64,000 bases of DNA from positions 15,774 to 79,773 of the forward strand of contig CAZZZL010000011.1 of the NCBI GenBank assembly GCA_964658655.1, written 5' to 3'. Positions 56,431 to 64,000 of this stretch are shown here, piece after piece; within the stretch, counting starts at the first letter, position 1, and each line of letters begins with the position of its first letter. This DNA is from an uncultured Acetobacteraceae bacterium. Its GTDB lineage: Bacteria > Acidobacteriota > Terriglobia > Terriglobales > Acidobacteriaceae. The notes under the pieces are model-generated. The model was not told the DNA's origin. It saw nothing but the letters and a program-made list of their open reading frames with translations, and did not search any database. Position numbers and translations under genes: made by a program.

Positions 56431-57861
56431 TCACCGAGACATCAAGCCCGCCTCATTACGCGCAAAGCCCACCCGGCAGCGCGCGAACGCCGCCGAAGCC
56501 CAGGCAATCACAAACGGAAATCCTTCGATCGTGTAGCGCGCCTCAGGAGCTTCAATCGTCGCCAGCAGTACATCGCGAAGCAGAAGATAACCGAGCATCG
56601 CAGCAATCAGGCGCACCTCTCCTCGATGACGCCAGCGGAGCAATCCGACGCCCGCAGCTACCATGTAGAACAGGTTCAATGCACCATAGCCCGTTGCGAA
56701 GATTGTCTCTCCATTGTGCTTGTCGTACTGCCACCATCGGAGTTCGATGTTCAGGTTTTCGACGCGTGGCCGCAGCCACATATCGGTCACCCGTAATGCC
56801 GGCAGCCACGCGTAATAACGCAGCGGATGCGCCTTGATCCTCTCCGCTGCAAGCTTTGCGAATGCGTCATCCATCGCTGGCGAAAGAGTCGTCGTCTCGT
56901 TGTACGAATTGAACAGCGCGGTAGTTTGTTGTTTCTGTGCGGGTGAATCGAAGGCGCGACTGGGTAGCGCATCGAGCGACATTGCATCGGCATTCACATT
57001 CCAATAGATCTCGTAGGTCGACGTAAATTCAGCCGCCCAGGTCTTGATCCACCGGTTGAATCCGGGGTCAGTCGGCTCGCCGGGATCCGTCGCATACCGC
57101 GGCGCCAGCGGCTGAATCAAATGGAAGGTGTGCCAGTTGCGATACGTCCAGGCAATGAACGGCAGAACTGAAAGCAGTCCGCAAAGCGTCGCCAGTTTGA
57201 CTGCTCTGGGTAGACCGAGTGCCGGGAAGCCGAGCACAGACCTGCGTCCGTAAAAAATGATCGCGGGGAAAAAGGCGATCGGCAGCAGCGCGCCGTCCGG
57301 ACGCAAAAGCGTCAGGTAGCTCCACGAAAACGCGCACAGCGCGACTGCCAGTGCGCCGGGCTTTGTGAGCAGACGTACCAGTCCCAGCATCGCGACGGAA
57401 ATACAGAAGAGCGTCAAGGTCTCCGTCAGGGGAGCAGCCGTGTAGTTCGCGGTAAACGGGCAGAGCGTGCCGAGAAAAAGTGCGATCCAGGCGGCGCGGC
57501 GCGAACAAAGCTGGTCGACAAAACGCGCAATCAGGACACAGGTCAGAAGATCAATGGCTATCTGCAGGAACAGCACGGCGTGATAATGCTCCATGCCGAA
57601 GACCACGAAGCATGCGGCTAGAAACAGCGGGTAGCCAGGCAGTCGGATGAGCGTCGGCTGCAGTTCAATGCCGCCCGGCGTACTGATGCTCCTCCCGTAA
57701 ACGCTGTGCTGCAGCCAGTTTTTGGCGATGTCGCCATAGATGAGCCCGTCGCCATTCACCTGCGCCCACTCGGCGTAAAAGTACAGTCGCAGCGCCGCGC
57801 CCAGCACCAGGGCCAGCAGCAACAGGAGCCAGGAGCGCGCACGCAAACCTTGCATATCCAT
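56431..57861 (-). CDS. ArnT/PMT-like (GT39/GT83-type) membrane glycosyltransferase
   Basis: 476 aa with about 11 TM segments. The N-terminal RLYFYAEWAQVNGDGLIYGDIAKNW and LPGYPLFLAACF loops are typical of the dolichyl/undecaprenyl-phosphate-sugar dependent GT-C fold. Confidence 0.75.
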   Translation of the reverse strand: MDMQGLRARSWLLLLLALVLGAALRLYFYAEWAQVNGDGLIYGDIAKNWLQHSVYGRSISTPGGIELQPTLIRLPGYPLFLAACFVVFGMEHYHAVLFLQIAIDLLTCVLIARFVDQLCSRRAAWIALFLGTLCPFTANYTAAPLTETLTLFCISVAMLGLVRLLTKPGALAVALCAFSWSYLTLLRPDGALLPIAFFPAIIFYGRRSVLGFPALGLPRAVKLATLCGLLSVLPFIAWTYRNWHTFHLIQPLAPRYATDPGEPTDPGFNRWIKTWAAEFTSTYEIYWNVNADAMSLDALPSRAFDSPAQKQQTTALFNSYNETTTLSPAMDDAFAKLAAERIKAHPLRYYAWLPALRVTDMWLRPRVENLNIELRWWQYDKHNGETIFATGYGALNLFYMVAAGVGLLRWRHRGEVRLIAAMLGYLLLRDVLLATIEAPEARYTIEGFPFVIAWASAAFARCRVGFARNEAGLMSR

Positions 57862-57932
57862 GCATCATACAGAGGCTTCCGGATGCAGCAACCGCTGACG
57901 CACCCGCATGATTCCTGTAAGCTTTGGGAAGA

Positions 57933-60900
57933 ATGAACCGCCAGATTTTCTCCGATCCCAACCGCAAACGCTGGAAGAGAATACGTCGCGTTTTTGATGT
58001 GACGGCGATCGTGTCGACGATCGTGCTGGTGGCTTTTTTTCTGAATGTCCTGCGCCGCGAGAAGCTGCCGGAACTTTTATTTCCGCAGCAGAAGCGCAAT
58101 TACAAGGCATTGCATGAGCGTCAGCCAGAACTGAAGGCGAAGAACGCGCGGCCGGCCCGACGCAAGTCCAATCGCAAGCCGTCGGACATTCCGCTGAACT
58201 CAGGTGAAGGCCTGCGTGCGGCTTATTATGTCGACGATGACCCGGCCAGCTACTCGTCCTTCAAGGCGCACATTCACCAGATCGATATCCTGTTTCCCGT
58301 CTGGCTGCACGCCTTCGATCCCGATGGAAACCTGATGGCATCGACCGCTCTCTACCCTGCCTCGAATTATCGTGTGGTCGATGCGAACGGCACAGTGCAC
58401 GGTGTCGATCCGCAGAACAAAGTGCGCGACGCTATCGCGGCAGCTAAAGAAGATACGGAAATCTTTCCGCTCATCAGCAATTATGACGCGGTGCGCGGCG
58501 ACTGGCAGCCGGTGATTGGCCAGATGCTGCTCAATCCACAGGCTCGCCTGAACCTGCGCACACAGCTGGACAAATTTCTTGCTGCCAACCCTTCGTATCG
58601 TGGCATCTCGCTCGACTTTGAAGAAATTCCCGACGAAGCCAAGGACAGCTATCAACTATTCATCGGCGAACTGTACAGCGACTTTCACAGCCGCGGCCGC
58701 AACCTTCGCCTCTATGTAAACACGCCGACGAGTGTTCCCGATTCCGAGCTGAAGTTTGTCGCACAGAATAGCGACGGCATCCTGTTGATGAATTACGACC
58801 AGCACGAAAACACCTCGGAGCCTGGTCCGATTGCCGCGCAGGACTGGTTTGAAAACAATCTGCAGCGCGTGCTCAAGGTTGTTCCCAAAGAAAAAATCAT
58901 CTGCGCCATCGGCAACTATGCCTATGACTGGCAGGTGCCGCTTCCTGTAAAAGGCAAGCCGGAAAAGGGTGCGCCGAAGGTCCTCGACGTCAGCTCACTG
59001 CATGTGCAGGAAGCATGGCAGGAGGCCTCCGATGCAGGCGCGGACGTTCATCTTGAAGGCGATGAACTCAATGCGCACTTTGCTTTTGATGATGAGGATG
59101 CAAAGGTCCGGCACCAGGTGTGGATGCTCGATGCCGTAACCGCGTTGAATGAAATGCGCGCGGCGAGGGCAATGGGTATTCAGACGTTTTCGCTGTGGGT
59201 TCTGGGCGAAGAGGATCCGTCGATCTGGTCGGTCTGGGACCATCCCAATGGAGCGACTGCTCCTCAATTATTGAAGGCTGTGCCGCCTGGACAATCAGTC
59301 AACACCGACGGCCAGGGCGACATCCTGCAGATCACGCAGACTCCCAGCCCAGGCGCGCGTACCGTCAATATGGATGAGGAAAACGTCACCATCACTGATG
59401 AGCACATGGTGACGTATCCGCAGGCCTACGGCATCCAGTATTTCGGATACAAGCCAGGAGAAGTCGCGCTCACCTTCGACGATGGACCCGATCCGACGTG
59501 GACACCGCGTGTGCTCAAGATTCTGAAAGACAAGGGTGTCACCGGAACATTTTTCGTGATTGGCGAAGAAGCACAGGACCATGTCGGCCTGCTGAAGCAA
59601 TACATCAGGCAGGGCCACATCGTCGGCAATCACACGCTGACGCATCCCGACATCAGCGAAATTTCACCGCGACAACTCGAGCTTGAGATCAACTGGACCG
59701 AGCGTCTGTTTGCCAGCAAGCTTGGGCTGCGGCCACTCTTCTTTCGTCCTCCTTACTCCATCGACCAGGAGCCGGATACAAACGATCAGGCCGCACCCGC
59801 TTACCAGATTCAACAGATGGGCTACACCATCATCGGGGACAAGATCGACACCGATGACTGGGACGAACATCCCCGCAAAAGCCCGCAGGAAATTACGCGG
59901 CGTGTCTTCGAGCAGCTGGATTCATTCAAGACGCGACCCGATTTTGCGGGCAGCGTGATCCTGATGCATGATGGCGGCGGCGACCGCTCCGCCACTGTCG
60001 CGGCACTGCCTGTTCTGATTGACGCACTGCGCGCAAAGGGCTACAAGATCGTCAGCGTTCCGGACCTGATGGGGAAGACCGTCGCCGACGTGATGCCGCC
60101 GATCGCGCCCAACGAACGCTGGCAGGCGCGCGTCGATTCGATCGCGTTCTTCTTCATCGCCTTCTTCAGAAACTTTGCAGTCTACATCTTCTTTGTGGGC
60201 GACGTACTCATGAGCGCGCGACTCCTGGTCATCGGTGTACTTGCGCTGATTGATCGTCTGCGCACGCGCAAAGTCCCGATCATTCCTGGCTACATGCCGC
60301 GTGTCGCCGTGCTGGTGCCGGCCTACAACGAAGAAACGGTTATTGTGCGCACCATCCGCTCGGTGCTCAATTCCGACTACGCAAATCTCTATGTCATCGT
60401 GATCGACGATGGTTCGAAGGATCGCACGGCGGAGGTCGCCGCCACTGCCTACGCACCGGAGATTGCCGCTGGAAAGCTGCAGATTCTTACCAAGCCGAAC
60501 GCCGGCAAGGCCGAGGCTTTAAACTATGCCGTCGCGCGTCTTGGCGAAGAAATCTATGTCGGTATCGACGCCGACACTGTAATTGCATCAGACGCTGTGT
60601 CTAAATTGGTCTGCCACTTTACTGATCCGAAAGTCGGGGCTGTCGCCGGCAACGCGCGGGTCGGCAACAAGGTGAACCTGTGGACGCGCTGGCAGGCGCT
60701 GGAGTACATCACCAGTCAGAACTTCGAACGGCGCGCGCTCGACCTGTTCAATGTTGTGACCGTCGTTCCAGGCGCCATTGGCGCATGGCGGACAGCGGCA
60801 GTGCGCCACGGCGGCGGCTATCCCGTCAACACTGTCGCCGAAGATGCTGACCTGACCATGAACCTGATCGAGCAGGGCTATAAGGTCATCTATGAAGATC

Positions 60901-61451
60901 AATCGCTCGCGTTTACAGAGGCGCCGATCAACGCCAGCGGCCTGATGCGCCAGCGCTTTCGCTGGTCGTTTGGAACCCTGCAGGCCATCTTCAAACATAA
61001 AGCGGCCTTCACGAAAAACCGCGCAATGGGCTTCTTCGCACTGCCGAATATCCTGGTGTTCCAGATTCTTCTGCCGCTCGTTTCGCCATTCATTGACCTG
61101 TTCTTCGTAGCCGGCGTGGTGCAGTACATGATAGATCGCCACTTCCATCCCGAGGCCGCAAGTGCAGCCAGCTTCGACAAGCTGCTGCTCTATTTCCTGA
61201 GCTTCCTGGTCATTGACTTTGTGACATCCGCTCTGGCCTTTTCACTCGAGCGTTCGCATCCGGCCAAGAAGGGCGACCGGTGGCTGCTCTTCCATATCTG
61301 GCTGCAGCGATTCGCGTATCGTCAGGTCTTCTCACTGGTCCTTTTCAAGACAGTCAAACGCGCGATCGATGGCAGGCCATTCAATTGGGATAAGATCGAG
61401 CGGACTGCAAAAATGTCAGAGGCAACAGAAAGGATTGCATCTGGTCAGTAA
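57933..61451 (+). CDS. tri-domain exopolysaccharide synthase: TM anchor, GH18-like domain, NodB (CE4) deacetylase, TM segments, PgaC/IcaA-like processive GT2, C-terminal TM bundle
   Basis: The track start 57924 is TTG. ATG 57933 gives MNRQIF. GH18-like region about 58215-59230 (YRGISLDFEEIPDE). CE4 about 59440-60060 (ALTFDDGPDPTWTP, GNHTLTHP, FFRPPY, ILMHDGGG). GT2 about 60290-61000 (VLVPAYNEE, VIVIDDGSKD, GIDADT, VAGNARVGN, VAEDADLT, QRFRWSFG). Confidence 0.85.
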   Translation: MNRQIFSDPNRKRWKRIRRVFDVTAIVSTIVLVAFFLNVLRREKLPELLFPQQKRNYKALHERQPELKAKNARPARRKSNRKPSDIPLNSGEGLRAAYYVDDDPASYSSFKAHIHQIDILFPVWLHAFDPDGNLMASTALYPASNYRVVDANGTVHGVDPQNKVRDAIAAAKEDTEIFPLISNYDAVRGDWQPVIGQMLLNPQARLNLRTQLDKFLAANPSYRGISLDFEEIPDEAKDSYQLFIGELYSDFHSRGRNLRLYVNTPTSVPDSELKFVAQNSDGILLMNYDQHENTSEPGPIAAQDWFENNLQRVLKVVPKEKIICAIGNYAYDWQVPLPVKGKPEKGAPKVLDVSSLHVQEAWQEASDAGADVHLEGDELNAHFAFDDEDAKVRHQVWMLDAVTALNEMRAARAMGIQTFSLWVLGEEDPSIWSVWDHPNGATAPQLLKAVPPGQSVNTDGQGDILQITQTPSPGARTVNMDEENVTITDEHMVTYPQAYGIQYFGYKPGEVALTFDDGPDPTWTPRVLKILKDKGVTGTFFVIGEEAQDHVGLLKQYIRQGHIVGNHTLTHPDISEISPRQLELEINWTERLFASKLGLRPLFFRPPYSIDQEPDTNDQAAPAYQIQQMGYTIIGDKIDTDDWDEHPRKSPQEITRRVFEQLDSFKTRPDFAGSVILMHDGGGDRSATVAALPVLIDALRAKGYKIVSVPDLMGKTVADVMPPIAPNERWQARVDSIAFFFIAFFRNFAVYIFFVGDVLMSARLLVIGVLALIDRLRTRKVPIIPGYMPRVAVLVPAYNEETVIVRTIRSVLNSDYANLYVIVIDDGSKDRTAEVAATAYAPEIAAGKLQILTKPNAGKAEALNYAVARLGEEIYVGIDADTVIASDAVSKLVCHFTDPKVGAVAGNARVGNKVNLWTRWQALEYITSQNFERRALDLFNVVTVVPGAIGAWRTAAVRHGGGYPVNTVAEDADLTMNLIEQGYKVIYEDQSLAFTEAPINASGLMRQRFRWSFGTLQAIFKHKAAFTKNRAMGFFALPNILVFQILLPLVSPFIDLFFVAGVVQYMIDRHFHPEAASAASFDKLLLYFLSFLVIDFVTSALAFSLERSHPAKKGDRWLLFHIWLQRFAYRQVFSLVLFKTVKRAIDGRPFNWDKIERTAKMSEATERIASGQ

Positions 61452-61547
61452 GCGTTCCATCTCTTTGTGTACCCGGTGGTCATTCCCAGATGCCCTGACA
61501 TGTTTACTGTTCTAACCAACCTCTGTTCTGAAGTAGATTAATCGCTT

Positions 61548-62789
61548 ATGCCAGCCGCACCCATTCCAGAGAACGACACTGAACGCCTGGCAACCCTGCG
61601 TCGCTATTCTATTCTCGACACGCTGCCGGAGCAGAGCTACGAAGACCTGACCGCGTTGGCAACGTATGTTTGTGAGACGCCGACCGCACTCATCAGCCTC
61701 GTCGACCAGGAACGGCAATGGTTCAAATCCAGGGTTGGCATAGGTGTCGATGAGACAGAGCGATCGGTCAGCTTTTGTGCGCACACCATCGTCCATCCTG
61801 AAGTACTGGTCGTCGAAGATACGTTTCTCGATGAGCGCTTCGCAAAGAATCCGCTGGTGCTGTCGGGGCCGCACATACGTTTCTACGCCGGCGCGCCGCT
61901 GGTTGCGCCCAATGGCCACGTGCTGGGCACCATCTGCGTTATTGATTCGAAGCCGCGCACTTTAAGTGCTGCGCAGGTGGCTGCCTTGCAATCCCTGTCT
62001 CGCCAGGTCATGGCGCTGCTGGAATCAAGATTGCAGTTGCTTGACAATCAGAAGACCGCGGCGGCGCTGATGCAGAGTGAGAAGCTGGCCGCGGTGGGTC
62101 GTCTCGCCTCGAGCATGGCGCACGAAATCAACAACCCTCTCGAGGCCGTCACCAACCTGCTTTACCTCTCTCGCAATCAGGCGATCGATGAAAACGTAAA
62201 GGCATGGCTTGACCAGGCGGAGATCGAACTGCGCCGCGTCTCCATCATCGCCAACCAGGCACTTCGTTTTCACAAGCAGTCGTCGAATCCTCAGGCCATC
62301 AGCTGCCTCAGTCTGTTTTCGACTACGTTAAGCGTTTATGAAGGGCGCCTGCTCAATGCCGGCATCGTCGTGGAAAAGCGCAAGCGCGCAAATGAACCGG
62401 TGGAGTGCTTTGAAGGGGATATACGGCAGGTACTCAGCAGCCTTGTCACCAACGCCATCGACGCCATGCCGGGCGGCGGTCGTCTGCTCGTACGCAGCCG
62501 CGAGGGTACCGACTGGCGCACCGGTCGCCGCGGCCTGGTGTTGACCATCGCAGATACCGGTACAGGTATCGATAAAGCAACGCAGCGCCGCATGTACGAG
62601 GCATTCTTCACCACAAAAGGCATTGGCGGCTCCGGCCTCGGCCTCTGGATCAGTGCCGACATCATGCAGCGCCATCAAGGGCGCATCCTGATCCGCAGTT
62701 CACAAAATCCGGCCCACCAGGGAACGGTCGTCACACTATTTCTGCCCTTCATTGCGCCGGACCGAAGCCCTGCCACGGCTGTTCCCTGA
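61548..62789 (+). CDS. cytoplasmic GAF-domain sensor histidine kinase
   Basis: IPENDTERLATLRRYSILDT plus a GAF domain (RSVSFCAHTI, FYAGAPLVAPNGHVLGTICVID). H-box SSMAHEINNPL. CA domain: SSLVTNAIDA, ADTGTGI, GSGLGLWI. Confidence 0.85.
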   Translation: MPAAPIPENDTERLATLRRYSILDTLPEQSYEDLTALATYVCETPTALISLVDQERQWFKSRVGIGVDETERSVSFCAHTIVHPEVLVVEDTFLDERFAKNPLVLSGPHIRFYAGAPLVAPNGHVLGTICVIDSKPRTLSAAQVAALQSLSRQVMALLESRLQLLDNQKTAAALMQSEKLAAVGRLASSMAHEINNPLEAVTNLLYLSRNQAIDENVKAWLDQAEIELRRVSIIANQALRFHKQSSNPQAISCLSLFSTTLSVYEGRLLNAGIVVEKRKRANEPVECFEGDIRQVLSSLVTNAIDAMPGGGRLLVRSREGTDWRTGRRGLVLTIADTGTGIDKATQRRMYEAFFTTKGIGGSGLGLWISADIMQRHQGRILIRSSQNPAHQGTVVTLFLPFIAPDRSPATAVP

Positions 62790-62846
62790 AATCAGGCGCG
62801 TTGACATTCTTGGGCAGCCTGCCTGTGGTCGAAAGGCTGCACCCGC

Positions 62847-63803
62847 CTAGACGTCGTTGCCCAGATGGAAGATCGGTTCTACGCCATTCGCCCGCGCCAA
62901 CAGGGCGACCTCTTCATGACGCTCGAGGGGCCGGTAGTTCTGAGCGACATCCATCGCCAGTCGAAAATACTTCTCATCCCCGGGCGGCAGCGCTGCGGTC
63001 ACCGGATGTCCCAGCGTCCAGCGCAGGCCGAGCGATGCTTCTTCCGGAAAAGAGGCAGGCTGGTACCAGCATTTCTCCTGCGGATGATTCTCCTTCTGGT
63101 CAGCCGCCCAGACTGTTTTGGCCATACCCTTCAACGCCAGGATGCCCATATTCTTTTCCTGCGCGCGCTTCAGGATCTGCGGTCCGAAATTTGCCTGCGA
63201 GAACAAGACAAAATTGACCGGAAATAAAACAGTGTCAAACTGGTACCGATCCATGGCTGCCAGCGCCGTCTCCGCCGAGTGCACCGAGAAGCCGATATAC
63301 CGTATCTTGCCCTCTTTTTTTGCCGCCTCCATTGTCTCCATCGCACCTCCCGGCCCCAGCACCTTGTCCAGGTCGGTCATCTTCGTCAGTGCATGGAACT
63401 GGTAGAGGTCCACGTGGTCGGTTTTCAGGAGACGCAGCGATTCCTCGAGTTGCTTACGCGAGTCATCCTTCATGCGGCCTTCGGTCTTGCATGCCAGAAA
63501 ACAGTTTTTCCGGTAGGGGGCAAGCGCCGGTCCGAGGCGCTCCTGCGCATTTCCATAACTTGGCGCTACGTCGAAGTAATTCACGCCACGATCTACGGCC
63601 TCGGCGACGATGTTGCTGGCCGGGCCCTTCTCCTCGTTCATGACGACGATTCCGCCGAAGCCGACGATGGAGAGTTTCTCGCCAGTCCTGCCCAGTGTTC
63701 GCTTCGGGATAGTCTGTGTCGGCGTGGCTGCCGGGGAAAGCTTCGTGCTGGCGGCGGCTGCTGCAGTGAGTGCGCTCTGTTTAAGGAAATCGCGGCGTTC
63801 CAT
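62847..63803 (-). CDS. second aldo/keto reductase with twin-arginine signal peptide
   Basis: The track ORF runs to 63875. ATG 63803 gives MERRDFLKQSALTAAAAAS (Tat motif). AKR core: NYFDVAPSYGNAQ, FLACKT, DLYQFHAL, YIGFSVH. Confidence 0.85.
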   Translation of the reverse strand: MERRDFLKQSALTAAAAASTKLSPAATPTQTIPKRTLGRTGEKLSIVGFGGIVVMNEEKGPASNIVAEAVDRGVNYFDVAPSYGNAQERLGPALAPYRKNCFLACKTEGRMKDDSRKQLEESLRLLKTDHVDLYQFHALTKMTDLDKVLGPGGAMETMEAAKKEGKIRYIGFSVHSAETALAAMDRYQFDTVLFPVNFVLFSQANFGPQILKRAQEKNMGILALKGMAKTVWAADQKENHPQEKCWYQPASFPEEASLGLRWTLGHPVTAALPPGDEKYFRLAMDVAQNYRPLERHEEVALLARANGVEPIFHLGNDV

Positions 63804-64000
63804 AGTGCGGACCTCTCTTGGGGGTGAAGGTCTATCAGGAGCTTTCGCTATTCTTCCAGAGTGCGACCGGCGCACGCAAATCGCTTGGCTCAGTTCAGAT
63901 TCATGCGAAGCGGGCGTTCACATCCCTGCTCGGCAACCCGGGATGCATTGCGCCAGCCGTCTGCTCTACACTTGAAGTGCCATGACGACTGCACAGCTCA

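Overview
This is a densely coding, high-GC chromosomal segment (GC judged by eye, not computed). The gene content suggests a soil heterotroph of the Acidobacteriota (Terriglobia-like): many TPR, Ser/Thr-kinase, CRTAC1/ASPIC-UnbV and Tat-signal aldo/keto reductase genes and a long S1 protein. That taxon call is inference only. I can support about 52 protein-coding genes, two hairpin terminators and one short REP-like hairpin. I found no rRNA, tRNA, CRISPR array, transposase, integrase or prophage signature. The ORF track uses ATG/GTG/TTG and the longest possible extension, so I moved several starts. It also omits ORFs under 60 aa and the edge-truncated MFS gene. The main observations are these. 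(1) A nine-gene string at 34696-43658 is joined mostly by ATGA overlaps. It links a Tat-exported aldo/keto reductase, the nickel-pincer cofactor genes larE-larC-larB (no larA in the window), heme oxygenase bphO, bacteriophytochrome bphP and two downstream signalling proteins. (2) An otherwise intact HAMP-PAS histidine kinase has Glu in place of the phospho-accepting His and no His anywhere in the DHp helices. It is ATGA-coupled to a stand-alone KdpD-N/Usp protein. (3) A 1172-aa single polypeptide fuses a GH18-like domain, a NodB deacetylase and a PgaC/IcaA-like processive GT2 synthase, divergent from an ArnT-like glycosyltransferase. (4) About 0.5 kb upstream of hppD is unassigned non-coding sequence, next to a plausible 52-aa ORF missing from the track. 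All functional calls rest on motif recognition by eye. No database search was run.
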